This document shows, one piece after another, positions 12,247 to 24,240 of a stretch of DNA of 64,000 nt. The DNA is from Felis catus. Taxonomy: Eukaryota. Position numbers and translations under genes: made by a program. Within the stretch, counting starts at the first letter, position 1. Each line of letters opens with the position of its first letter. The notes under the pieces were generated by a model. The model had not been told where the DNA came from, made no database searches, and saw only the letters and a list, made by a program, of their open reading frames with translations. The stretch covers positions 164,364,001 to 164,428,000 of the forward strand of contig NC_058368.1 in the NCBI RefSeq assembly GCF_018350175.1, given 5' to 3'.

Positions 12247-12759
12247 GAGAATGCAGCAGTCTATCCTTTGGGGAAATGAAAAGAAAAAAAAAAGATAATT
12301 CTTTACAATCCTAAAATGAAATTTGTTGTTTTTCGTAAGAAACCGTTGTTTGAAGATACTATTCCTTACTTACTTGTCCAAGAGTTAGCCTCAACAGCAA
12401 TCAGCTAGGGGTAGGATGAGAAAAGTTGAGGTCTCACTTCTCCTGGGAAGAGGCCTGGGCTAAGAACTGGGGAGATTGGAAGCCCTTAGAACCATTTCCA
12501 GAGTCTTTAAATGATTGTTTTTTAGAATAATTTTCACTAGTCCCACCTTGGAGTGGGTCAGCAGTTCTCATCATCCTGTCATACTGAAACTCAGTCCCTT
12601 CCTACATATTTCTGTAGATGTGTTCTTGTTAGTTTTAATTGTAAATATAGCACAAGTGTTTTACAAAACATCTCAACAATATGGAACTTGGTAAAATAAT
12701 AAAATTAAACTCCCTTCAAGCCAGTTCTGCTCCTTAGGTTAAACCATTGCTAAGTTAAA

Positions 12760-12772
12760 GTTAATAATTAAC
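12760..12772. promoter_or_regulatory. Perfect HNF1-type palindrome GTTAATAATTAAC (motif match only)
   Basis: Exact match to GTTAATNATTAAC; function not shown. Confidence 0.35.
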
Positions 12773-13032
12773 TTTTAAATTAGCATAAAGTGAATTCTAC
12801 AAGAACAGTTATTTCTTATAAACAGCATGTGACATGTTTGTTTGAACTCTTCTTACATTAATTCCAGAATTGTCCTGTAATCTAACCTGGGCCTCAAGCA
12901 CAAGAACTGTACCTTGTGCACAGGAATATACCAGTGCTACCTGTCTCTAGCTTTGATTTATTTCCCTAAGTTTTTTGAGATCCAGTTACCATTTCTCAGA
13001 ACTCATTTAACCTGATTCACTAGCAGTATTTT

Positions 13033-13543
13033 TTTAATTTAATTTTTTATTTTTTAAAATTTACATCCAAATTAGTTAGCATATAGTGTAACAATGGTTT
13101 CAGGAGTAGATTCCTTAATGCCCCTTACCCATTTAGCCCATCCCCCCACCCTCAACACCCCTCCAGTAACCCTCAGTTTGTTCTCCATATATATGAGTCT
13201 CTTCTGTTTTGTCCCCCTCCCTGTTTTTATATTATTTTTGTTTCCCTTCCCTTATGCTCATCTGTTTTGTCTCTTAAAGTCCTCCTATGAGTGAAGTCGT
13301 ATGATTTTTGTCTTTCTCTAACTAATTTCACTTAGCATAATACCTTCCAGTTCCATCCACATAGTTGCAGATGGCAAGATTTCATTCTTTTTGATTGCTG
13401 AGTATTACTCCATTATATATCTCTATATATCTCTATATCTCTATATCTCTATATATCTCTATATATCTCTATCTATATCTGTATCTATATCTATATCTAT
13501 ATCTATATCTATACCACATCTTCTTCATCCATTCATCCATCAA
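13033..13543 (-). mobile_element. Felid L1 3' end, 5'-truncated
   Basis: tttacatccaaattagttagcatatagtg 3' end; TSD tcactagcagtatttt (13017-13032) / tcaccagcagtatttt (13544-13559); same subfamily as 55045-56011. Confidence 0.95.
13415..13513. repeat. Compound (TATATCTC)/(TATATC)n microsatellite
   Basis: Read directly. Confidence 0.9.
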
Positions 13544-14184
13544 TCACCAGCAGTATTTTATATACTTGAACACTCTTTTCCCTTCTGCCCCTCCCCAACA
13601 AATTTTCTGATTTTCCTTCTATTTTTATGGCTGCTCCTTCTTAGTCACCTTTATTGGTAGCTCTTCATTTATCTATAAACTTGAGAGTTCTAAGAGTCCT
13701 TTGAATCTCTTTTCTGTCTACACTTAATTCTTTTCTGATTTTCAGTCAGCCTAGTAGATTTAAATGCTGTCTGTACACTGTTGATTCCCAAATGTGCATT
13801 GCTAAATTACAAAATAAAGTGCAAAATAAATTCTTTCTAAATTCCAAACATATCTTGGTTGTCTAATGGGCACCTCAAAATTCACATATTCAAAACTGAG
13901 TTCCTAATATCATACTTTACCTCAACCTGTTTTTTTTTCCCATCCTTCTTTATGTCAGTAAATGGCAACAGTGTTCTTCCAGTTATTCAGTTCAGAATTC
14001 ATGGACTCATCTCATTCCATCATACCCCATATGTATTCATTTGTTTAGCAAATCCTATTGTCTCATCTTCAAAATTATATTTAAATTGGTGGTCACATCT
14101 CATTAATTCCATTGCCAACATTCTGGTGCAAGTTACCATTCTTTCTTTAATTGTATAGACTTTTATATAACTGGGCTCCCAATA

Positions 14185-15030
14185 GTAAGCAGATGAAATA
14201 CTCAAATATGATAGTTAATAAATTTTTTTTCAAAGACATTTTATGTAAGTATGTTAAGAAAATCAGAACTGGAGCTTGTGGCAGCTAGGTTATTTTCATT
14301 CCTAAGCTTGGGAGACTAATGTTATGGGTTGAATCATGTCTCCCTGTGGTAAAAAGAAAAAAAAAAGATATTGAATTTGTAATCCTTAGTACCTATGAAT
14401 ATGACTTTATTTGGTAATAAGTTCTTTGCAGATAAGTAAGTTAGGATGAGGTCATTAGTATGAGTTCTACTCTAGTATGACTGGAATCCTTATAAAAAGG
14501 GGAAGTTTGGACATAGAATCGACATGTACTAAGGAAAGACAACGTAAAGACACGAGGATGAAATGATTTGTAACCAGAGAATACCTGAGGGTACTGCAAA
14601 TTAGTAAAGGTGTGGAGTAGATTTTCCTTCACAACCCTCATAAGGAACTAACCCTTCTGACACCTTGATTTTAGGCTTCTGGACTCAGAAATGTGAGATG
14701 ATAAATTTTGTTATTTAAGCCACTCAGTTTGTGGTACTTTGTTATGACAGCTGTAGGAAACTAATACAAATGACAAGACTAGGAATAACCTGGAAGTTTA
14801 GAAAATTGACTTAATATGGCAGATTTGAAGTGATCAGTGACCTTTCATTGAATAATATAACTACCCATAGGCAAAGTCGAAATCCAAGGAAATATCTAAC
14901 GTTACTTTCCTCTGATCACTTCCTGGGATTTTTCTGATAAAGTACACACAGGTCAGCTTCCTATGGCAGAGAAAAGGGTGAAGAAGGTAGAGAATACAAG
15001 TGGAAGGACAAAAGGAGTCTGTCTCGGATA
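14185..15030 (-). mobile_element. Ancient MLT1K/L-like LTR hosting the MLT1C LTR
   Basis: Terminal motif ggtcagcttcctatggcagagaaaagggtgaagaaggtagagaat...ggaaggacaaaaggag resembles old MLT1 LTR ends; interrupts the L2. Confidence 0.45.
14320..14768 (+). mobile_element. MLT1C/B-like MaLR solo LTR
   Basis: tgttatgggttgaat...gatgaggtcatta...ttataaaagggga...ctgacaccttgatttt...tttaagccactcagtttgtggtactttgtta...ggaaactaataca. Confidence 0.9.
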
Positions 15031-15127
15031 GCTTTCAGCTGCTCTCTCTTTCATCTTCTCTTTCCTGCCAGTACCTACTCTCAATACAGCAGTGAGAGTG
15101 TCACCCTCCTACTTAAGAGCACACCAT

Positions 15128-15332
15128 AGAGCAACTGGGTGGCTCAGTCAGTTAAGCATCCAACTCTTGATTTTGGCTCAGGTCACGTTCTCATGGTTCG
15201 TGAGATTGAACTCTGTGTCAGGCTCTGTGCTGAGAGCACAGGAGCCTGCTTGGGCTTCTCTCCTTCCCTCCCCTGCTCGCGTGCTCTCTCTCTCTCTCTC
15301 TCTCAAAATAAATAAACAAACTTAAAAAAAAA
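15128..15332 (+). mobile_element. Can-SINE
   Basis: ctgggtggctcagtcagttaagcatccaact head, (CT)n, aaaataaataaac, A tail. Confidence 0.95.
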
Positions 15333-15640
15333 CCTTCACATCATAAAAAAAAGTCCATGGAAGGACCACTAGAGTCACACCTGTGTGGCTGACTGTTATT
15401 TCTTACCTCACCTCCTAGTACTCACACTGTTCCAGCCAACTTGGTCTTCTCTTTACGTTTACTCTTCCACCGTTTGAAATAGTCATCCTGCAGATATCTA
15501 CGTGACTTCCATTTTCCTTTCATGTAGGACTTTACTCAGTAAGGTTTCCTCATGCCACTCTACCATTTTAAGTCCTTATTCTTCAATCACATTTCCTATT
15601 CCCCTTCTCTCTGGTGTTTACCGCTATCTAAAAATCTGTA

Positions 15641-16405
15641 CAAATCTTCCTTGATGTCCTCGGCTTACAGTCAGTAGGTTACCTACTGATAAACCCATTA
15701 TAAGTTTGAAAATATACTAAGTTGAGAATCCATTTAATATGCCTAACCTACTGAACATCATAGCTGAGTCTCATATACCTTAAATGTGCTTAGAACACTT
15801 ACATTAGTTACATTAGAACCACAGTTGGGCAAATATATCTAACGGAAAGCCTATTTTATATTAATGTGTTGAATATTTCATGCAATTTATTGAATACTGT
15901 ACTGAGAGTGAAAAAGAGAATGGCTATATGGATTTCAGAATGGTTGCAAGTATATGGATTGTTTTCTGTCACAGTCATGGGGGCTGACTGGGAGCTGTGG
16001 CTCATTACTGTTGCCCACCATAGTGAGAGAGCATCATACCCCTTATCACTAGCCTGGGAAAAGACCAAAATTCAAAATTGGAAATGCATTTTCTATTTAG
16101 TGTGTATCACTTCTATACTATTATGAAGTCAAAAAATCTTAAGTTGATGGGCGCCTGGATGGTTCAGTCAGTGATCCTCCAACTCTAGGTTTTGGCTCAG
16201 ATCATGATCTCACAGCTTCGTGGGTTTGAGCCCCACATCGGGCTCAGTGCTGGCACACAGAGCCTGCTTGGGATTCTCTCTCTCCCTCTCTAGCTGCCCT
16301 CCCCCCCACTCATGCTGTCTCTCTCTCACTCTCAAAATAAATAAATAAACTTTAAAAATTTAAAACAAATCATAAGTTGAACCATCATAAGTCAAGAAAC
16401 ATCTT
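15641..16405 (+). mobile_element. Tigger5/MER47 non-autonomous DNA transposon (TcMar), split by a SINE
   Basis: gataaacccattataagtt...cctaacctactgaacatcatagct...gctgactgggagctgtggctc...gcctgggaaaagaccaaaattcaaaatt...aaccatcataagtc. Confidence 0.85.
16148..16366 (+). mobile_element. Can-SINE inside Tigger5/MER47
   Basis: TSD aaatcttaagttga (16134-16147) / aaatcataagttga (16367-16380). Confidence 0.95.
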
Positions 16406-18532
16406 TGTTTCTCCCTTCTCCAGTAGCTTGCAAGCTCTTTAGGAAAGGGATATTCATCTATTTTGTTTACTGCTAAACTCCCAGTCCCTAAAATAGTGCC
16501 TGATAACAGGTTTTAATGCAGATATGTTGAATGAATGAATATTTTGTGTGTTTTTATTTTTTCTATTTTATTTTATTTTTCTGTCTTAAGAACCTAATCT
16601 TTTCTAGTAGTTTTTAAATTATTTTAAATTTAAAAATGACTTTTTAAATTATTATTATCATTTGTATTAAGTCTAATATTTCTACCATCATATTTTCTGG
16701 TATGAAGAGATTCAGTGAGACAGATGGCTTTGTTGTTAGCTGATGTTTAATGGCTTGCTAAACACAGAATCTCTAAAATCCAAATACATGTACAAATCCC
16801 ATGTATGATCTTTCTGATAAGCCTGCAACATTCCTTGATAATAAGCAATGCAACTTTGAAGGGATTTTTTTAAGTTGGGTAATCATTTTGTCTTTGGTCT
16901 TTCTTTCCACTTCACCCTACTTAATGTATTGAACTGTGTTCCTTAAGTGTAAGCAACCGTGGCAGGCAGTATTTATTGTTTTGTTCAAAACTATTTTGAA
17001 AAATTTGGTGAGGGACAAACATTGCAGTCCAGTATGCATTTCTTTTGGAAGAAGATAATGTAAACCGCCAGTACTGCCAAATTGTACTGTCAACTCCATG
17101 TATAACTGTAAAGAAAGAATAATGCTATTTTTATTGCTATTCTCTATGTATATCTGATACAATAGATCCTAGGTAAATACATTATTACTAAAAGCCTACA
17201 GGAATTGACAATTTGAAATACCACTATTCTTTGCCAGGGTTTTGAACCCCAGTGTAGATTATTATACTGATTTTGTGGCTAATAATCCTTGCTATTTTTT
17301 TCTTCTTCCCGGTGTTCTCATTGGCCTTTTGTCTTTTTTATTCTAATACAAATCACTGTCATGTTTTAGAGTCCCTGCCTCTAAAATGTAGATCCTTCTA
17401 AGTCTCTTACGGTGTATTTGTACAACATTCAGGCTTTACAAGGGTGACAGTGTGTGTTCTTTATTATAGAAGGAGAATCTGAATTAGAAAACACAAAGGA
17501 AACAGCTTCTTTAGCTTTCAAGTAAGTTTTTGATGGCTTAAAGTTTACAAAGATTTTATGTTTTCAGTGAAGTCCAAAAAATCTGCTAGGTAATGGTTTA
17601 TTCATACAGAAAACAGAAATCAACTCTTTTTTGGGGGGACAAAAGTTGGTTCCTTTTAACAACATAATAAGTTAACAGGTCATAGATGTTTATGTTCTTA
17701 AATTAAGCTAATTGGCTTTGATAACAGAATAGTGTTCATAATAGTTGTTTTATGAAAGGTACCCTTCTCTGAGGATAAGAAAGAAGTTTTGATTTTTTTT
17801 TCTTTTTAAGTTTCTCTTCTTTCCCTGACACCAGCCTCCACCAGCTCTCTCAAATTCTAAGTTGCTTCTGTATATGTACCCTGGAAAACCTCCTTTATTT
17901 CTTTCACTTTGGATAATCGTAAATTCCAAGTATATGGTTTGCATACTCCCTTTGCCCATTGCCCTTGTTTTTTTTTTAAAGATATGAATTAAAAATTTTC
18001 TCAGTTCATCCATAAACTTGAAAGCAATCTACTTACAATTAAGTGAGGGATACTTAAATGTTGTCCCTCAACATCTTTGGCAGGCATATTTGGTTTAGAG
18101 AAGACAGGGTGGGGTGCTCAGAATGTTATTTAAATTGAATTCTGAGATAAGATCCTTTTCTGTGGTCTCCAAGGCACAGATGGAAGCACAATCACATATT
18201 GAAAACCTTTCCTGGGGCTGTGACCTTGAATGTCTCTTCAAAAAATGAAACAACTAATTTAGAAATGAAATGCAAATGTGATTTGTGATTTTTGTGCCCT
18301 ATATCCATGCATCTCACAGAAAAAAAATGTCATTTAAGTGAACTCAACTTTTTATAATGAAAATTACTGAAAGTGATATAAATATAGGCATAGGTTTTGA
18401 ATACACCAAATTCTTTTATAGTGAATTGTTGCATACAGGTCATGAGTAGAACATAGGAAAGAACAAAGAAGTCTCCACTTTTTAAAATAAAACACTTAAA
18501 AAAACAGTTTGTTAAGATTAACTTAAAAATTT

Positions 18533-18745
18533 GGGGCGCCTGGGTGGCGCAGTCGGTTAAGCGTCTGACTTCAGCCAGGTCACGATCTCGCGGTCCGTGA
18601 GTTCGAGCCCCGCGTCGGGCTCTGGGCTGTTGGCTCAGAGCCTGGAGCCTGTTTCCGATTCTGTGTCTCCCTCTCTCTCTGCCCCTCCCCCGTTCATGCT
18701 CTGTCTCTCTCTGTCCCAAAAAAAATAAATAAACGTTGAAAAAAA
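18533..18745 (+). mobile_element. Young SINEC_Fc
   Basis: CpG-rich consensus-like body, A tail, perfect 18-bp TSD aagattaacttaaaaatt (18514-18531 / 18746-18763). Confidence 0.98.
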
Positions 18746-19250
18746 AAGATTAACTTAAAAATTAAACAGAACCCCACTTAAAAGTCAATAGATGCAACAG
18801 CATTTTAAAGTAGCTGTAAAAAGAAGGTTATGAGGATATTTATTATTCCACATATTTGCCATTTATCCCTTAGCTTCAAGGCCAATGCTTGATGCTCAGC
18901 CTTGGATCAGCTGAAGTCATGTGTATGAAGATATGGGCATGATTGCTCATTGTAGGCTAAGTGGCAGATAAGTCTTAAAGGCATACATTTATGAAGTTCA
19001 GAGCACTTCGCAGTGTCATTTGGCATGTGCTTTATGAAGAAGCTCAGTGAGGAAGCCAGCTGGTCTGCAGTCATACTAACTGCAAAGTAAACAATACCAA
19101 AGTGTATATAGTCACATATTCAAAAGAGCAGTTTAGTCCTATGGAATCCCTTACTGTGCCACTCTCAAGCATTTGGGAGTGCAGATAACATAAATCTGCA
19201 TTTTGACTAACATCATTTTAACAAGAGAATGAACAGAACAAACTTGAAAT

Positions 19251-19474
19251 GGGGTGCCTGGGTGGCTCAGTTGGTTAAGCATCTGACTTTTGATTTCAGC
19301 TCAGGTAATGATCTCATGGTTCATGAGTTCAAGCCTGGCATCAGGCTCCATTCTGACAGTGTAGAGCCTGCTTGGGATTCTCTCTTTCTGTCTCTGTCTC
19401 TGTTTCTCTCTCTGTCTGCCCCTCCCCTGCTCCCTATCTATCTCTCTCAAAATAAATAAATAAACATTAAAAAA
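19251..19474 (+). mobile_element. Can-SINE
   Basis: Head, (CT)-rich tract and tail; TSD aacaaacttgaaa / aacaagcttgaaa. Confidence 0.95.
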
Positions 19475-19889
19475 AACAAGCTTGAAAAGGACAAAACAAA
19501 AGGCAAGGGAAAGATGGATGGTGTCAGAGAAAATTGAGGAGAAATGTCAAACTTTCAGGCTGTTCTTATAATTAGAAAGCATATGGAATACTTGGATATA
19601 CTTGTTTTGAAATAGATTTCTCAATATGGATATAATACTTTATACTTTTCAGTATTATAAGAAACTGGGAAGTGAAATATACTGATAGAGCACCACCTGT
19701 AGAGCATTCATATTTAAAAGTATGTAAAATAAAGTTAAATACAGAACTTTAGACAATTTAAAGTGAAGCTTACCCTTTTTCTCTCTGATACCATATCCAA
19801 AGTGTGTCCAAATATATAGAAAGCTGTATAGAAATGAGGCATATTTTCCCTATATTTATTTTGAATATCTAGTATACATACCACTTAAT

Positions 19890-20118
19890 GGCACTTAATG
19901 TAGCATAGAGGTTAAAACCAAGCAAAACAAAACAAAACTCTCAGTAGTTGAATATTAAACCTATCCAAGCCTAAGGGTTCTCATCTAAAATTTGGAATAA
20001 TAAGCCAGCTTCATAAAGATTTGGTGAGACTTAAGAGATAACATATGTAAACTTGTAAGTATCTGATGCAGTTATTAGCCCAATAAGTGATCAATAAATG
20101 ATAGATGCTATTATTATG
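19890..20118 (+). mobile_element. MIR
   Basis: ttctcatctaaaatttggaataataa...gtgagacttaagagataacatatgtaaa...tcaataaatgatagatgctattattat. Confidence 0.7.
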
Positions 20119-20496
20119 TGAGAGCATGTTAAGTTGTTAAGTTTCAACTTAGATGTCAAATCATAATAGATAAAAAATTCCATAGGGAAGGACCAGATTG
20201 GAATGTACATTTTTCAAGTGCTATAAAGGAATACTCCTTAACCAGTTGTAAAATTCACAAGAAGAGAATAAAATGGCCAAGAGAAGGGAGAAAATTATTT
20301 TGGATATAGTTGCTGAACTGCTTTGAGTCTCAAATCATACCTCTATAAGGGATAGGTTGAGTTGCGTCTTTCTAATTTCATCTTTGTGTGCACTGATTTC
20401 AAGAAAGCAAATCTCAAATCTTGGTGTGTGCTTCAGGAAATATGGAACTACATTTACTGGGTTGTTTGACAACATATGAGATATCTCAAAGCCACA

Positions 20497-20664
20497 GGGA
20501 TACCCGGGTGGTTCATCCACTTAAGCATCCGACACTTGGTTTGGGCTCAGGTCATGATCTCATGGTTTGTGAGTTCAGGCCCTGCGTTGAGCTCTGCACT
20601 GACAATGCAGAGCCTTCTTGGGATTCTCTCTCTCTTCCTCTCTCTCTACCACTCTCCTGCCTGT

Positions 20665-20705
<41 letters not shown>

Positions 20706-20730
20706 ATAAATAAATAAACTTAAAAAAAAA
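20497..20730 (+). mobile_element. Can-SINE
   Basis: Head ...ttaagcatccgac...ggctcaggtcatgatctc, (CT)n, A tail. Confidence 0.95.
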
Positions 20731-21181
20731 CGCTGACACCACAGTGTAGAGAGAGATACTGCTACTTCAAGAAGCAAGTGACTAACCTGCTAATGGTTAA
20801 TAAATGTGTAGCTTCTCCAGGGGACAGTTGTGCAACACCCAGTAGAGTGTAGGTATGTTTTAAAAGGGGTCCTGTCCAAAATAGCTTTACTAGATTGTGC
20901 AGGGTGTCCAAAAAGGAATCTATGATAGGTGGACCTAGAGAAAACCTGAGGCTGATATGATGCAAAAACAGTCAGCCAAAGCAAAAAGGGTTAGGGTAAG
21001 AGGAGTCCATCAGGAGAATATCTTAAGAATCTACTAAAATTCCTTCAAGAGAAAAATTCAGCCTTAATTTTAGCCATTCCCAGAAGGTATAGACTTCTGT
21101 TATTGTAGCCAAATTAGAACATTATACATTCCTTTCCCTCATCTCATTCTCTGTTCCAATTCCAAGGAACCAGAAATTCTG

Positions 21182-22887
21182 TGTATACATTAGAATAGGT
21201 GAGTTCATGTTGCAGTAAGAAACAAATCCTAAATCATAAGTGGCCTAAAACAAAAAGTTTATTTTCTTATTTATCTCGCATGCCCTTTGCAACATGATAG
21301 GAGTCACTGCTTAATTGTAGTTACTTGGGGGTCAGATTGATGGAGGTGGGACCTTCACAAACATTGAAAATTGTACATAAAAGAGACTGAAGAAGATCTC
21401 ACATCTTGCCCAGAACTAGATAGGCAACACTTTCAGTTGCAACTTGTCTAGAACTAGATTGGGTGGCCCACTTAACCACAGTATGCCAAGAAGAGAAATG
21501 CTACCATATATATTGAAGATATGGCATGAGAAATATTTGATGAACATCACTAAAAACTTTTATAATCTGCCCTTCTAGCCAAAAAGTAATCTATATATTC
21601 TCTTTCATAGTCACAGTATACCACCTCCTTCTCAACAGGTGCCACCTCAAAGTCTTATCCATTTTTTGCACCTAACTCCAAATTTAGGATTCTTGGATGA
21701 TTAATACTCTATACATCAGGTTTGATGTGTTTTTTTATTGACATGAAGGCCAATGAAGTAAAAAAAGAAAAGTTATCTGCTATCCACATAGCCAGATTAC
21801 AACAGTGGAATGGGAACAGAATAACCATAATAGAAAATCACATTTGGAAATGTTCTGGTCTGTGGCAGATTAAAAGCAGATGTTTTAAATGCTCCCTATC
21901 CTGATGATAGAGAATGGATTGGGGCCCTGATTTTGTCCCTCTGCCCCTACTAAGTACCTCTTTGTTCTCTTTGTCCCCCAGATCCTCTGTTTTCTAGTAA
22001 CCTTTGACAGTATCTGAAATGGGCTTTGGGAGGTATGTTCTTGGAGTTAAACAGATTTGTCACCATGCCTCTTACCAATATACATTAGGGGACACAAAGG
22101 TCATTTTAAATCTTGAACATTCACAGATTCCTTTAGAACAGCTGGTGGTTCTTTTGGGAGTAGCACTGTCTAAATGACATAAGAAACATCTAGTGATGAC
22201 AATCTACTGTATTTGCTTCCAGTTATCTCCATGTTGCAATAGCCACATTTTCTCTTCTGTTCTAGAATATCTCTTAGATTAGCAATATTTCTATTTTTTC
22301 TGTCACTCTTGATTCTTTGTCTCTCCAGAATTAATTATGGATACTTTGAGATTTTCATACATTTGTGGGAAAGTCACATCATTGGTCTCATCCCTGAGCC
22401 ATGTTGTTTAATTTAAGACAACTGGGCACCACAATTTTAAATGAATATTCTAAGACTAATTAAATTTGTGTAGAGATTTTAAGAATGCATGTGAGGACTA
22501 TGCTCTTGTTTTGATCCTTGCTTTAAGGCCAAATTGGAATCAACATTTATTACTCAAAGACTTTCTTAGGTTTAATTTTTTTTAGTAGTAAGTGATGAAA
22601 AACAGTTGCATCCTTCATTGCTGGAAGTTCCCACATTTTAGGACTTTTCTTAATTACTTTTCATTCTTGTTGAAAAAACAACTAATTCTTTTCTGATACA
22701 CATCTACTTTATAATAATTTGCATATCCAACAATCAGCAGCCAACATACACTGATAATGTTGTTTTTCAACCTCTTCTCTTTAAGCTACAAATTTATTAA
22801 ATAAATATCTTTCTAGTTAGCATTAATTTAATTGCCATTTCTAAGGTCCAGTATCAGTTTCTCCATTGCTTGTCACATAGCCCCTAA

Positions 22888-22940
<53 letters not shown>

Positions 22941-23344
22941 GTTATTTATTACAGCACTTCATTTCCAGCCGAAGAGGTTATCTTGGTATGATAGTTAATT
23001 CCAAAATTTCAGTGGTTTGAAAAACAGCTTATTTCTTGTACCCATTACGTTTTTCTTATTAGTTAGTGGGATCGGAGGGTGAGAAAGGGGCATCTGCTCA
23101 GAAGAGACCCAGGGGAATCACTGTCTTGAATGTTGCTGTTCATTGTATTCAAAGGAAAGATAAATTTTGGACGTTTTTGCATCAATTATGTAAATAACTC
23201 ATGCCATGTCACATTTACAGCTTATTGGCCAGGACTGTTAATGCAGTTCCACCCAGTTACAAAGGGGCCAAGAAATGCAGTTCTACCATGTACGCTCAGG
23301 TGGAAAGCTAGAAATATTGGAAAATGGTAGTATTGACTAAGGCA
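21182..23344 (-). mobile_element. Ancient MLT1K/L-type MaLR with apparent LTR (21182-~21563), internal region and LTR (~22975-23344)
   Basis: Two similar LTRs in the same orientation (aaatcataagtggcctaaaacaaaaagtttatttt vs aaatttcagtggtttgaaaaacagcttatttc; ccaagaagagaaatgctaccat...agaaatattt vs ccaagaaatgcagttctaccat...agaaatattg); the intervening ~1.4 kb resembles 45380-47620. Confidence 0.7.
22892..22939. repeat. (GT)n microsatellite
   Basis: Read directly. Confidence 0.95.
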
Positions 23345-23909
23345 ACAAGTTGTTAGCAGACTTGGGGAAAAGAGAGATCTGATTACCAGCCTCCTACACA
23401 ACAAGTAGCCTTCTGATACTTGGCCCTGGCTGGGGAAGGAAAGAATATTTAACTGTAAATCAAGTCCAAAATTTTGATGGCCACGTATTATTTACCCTAA
23501 GTTTCAATTGTGACTGTGTTTTATGACTGTAGGTGATGTAGGACCGTTTATTGTCAAATACAAGACAACTGTGGATCTCTCTATCCATTGGCCCCTCTGG
23601 ATAAATTTTAAAGTGAAAGTGGGAGACAAATTTGCATTTTGCTTGCAAGAGTTGTGTCTGTTTGACATATCAGTTCATCACCAGTGACCACCTCTACCAT
23701 CATCAGCAGCCACACTTATGTTTATGGATGCTTTGGATTGATAAACACATTGTGTTAATATTTCTTACTTGTTATCAGTTAGTAATCCATAAACAATAAA
23801 GACAAATTTTCTCTAGAATAAGTCTTTGTATGGCCAGGCTCTTGCCTGTTTCTTTCATTGAAATTACCATAAGACAATTCATTTTTAAACTTTCTCTCCC
23901 AAACACCAG

Positions 23910-24240
23910 GTCTTATTTAGGGTTCTTTGGTTTAAGCACTATCAGGTAATTCTGTATATGTTAAACTAAAATGAACTTAGTAACTTAATAAACTTACTGG
24001 ACATGAGATCGCTTACAAGGTTAATGGGGGGGAGGGTTAGGGAATTAGACTAAAAACAGCAAAAAGAAGCTTTAAAGTCTCAAGGACATTAATTAATTGC
24101 TAGGCAATTTCTGCTCTGTGAGGATGGGTGAACAAATTCCACTTATTTCCTTCCCTTCATCAGTCCCCTCATGATTCAAATTCTTTGAGAGAGGGTTGAC
24201 TGTTTAAGCTTAGGCTGGTTACTTACCCACCTTTTACTGT
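23910..24240 (-). mobile_element. Very old MLT1-like LTR fragment
   Basis: ttagggttctttggtt...gattcaaattctttgagagagggttgactgtttaagcttagg. Confidence 0.4.

Larger units (their letters stand above)
13560..16541 (+). mobile_element. Fragmented L2 LINE (pieces ~13560-14180, ~15040-15640, ~16405-16541) split by later insertions
   Basis: L2 motifs gtctaatgggcacctcaaaattcacatattcaaaactgagttc and cagtaaatggcaac; 3' terminus aatagtgcctg...tgttgaatgaatgaat. Confidence 0.75.

Noticed and set aside
11948..12298. 116-aa ORF, and the matching ORF pair 11994-12230 / 18330-18719 (MGQRETEHERGRG...)
   Set aside because: Translations of SINEC_Fc sequence; the similarity reflects SINE copies, not paralogous genes
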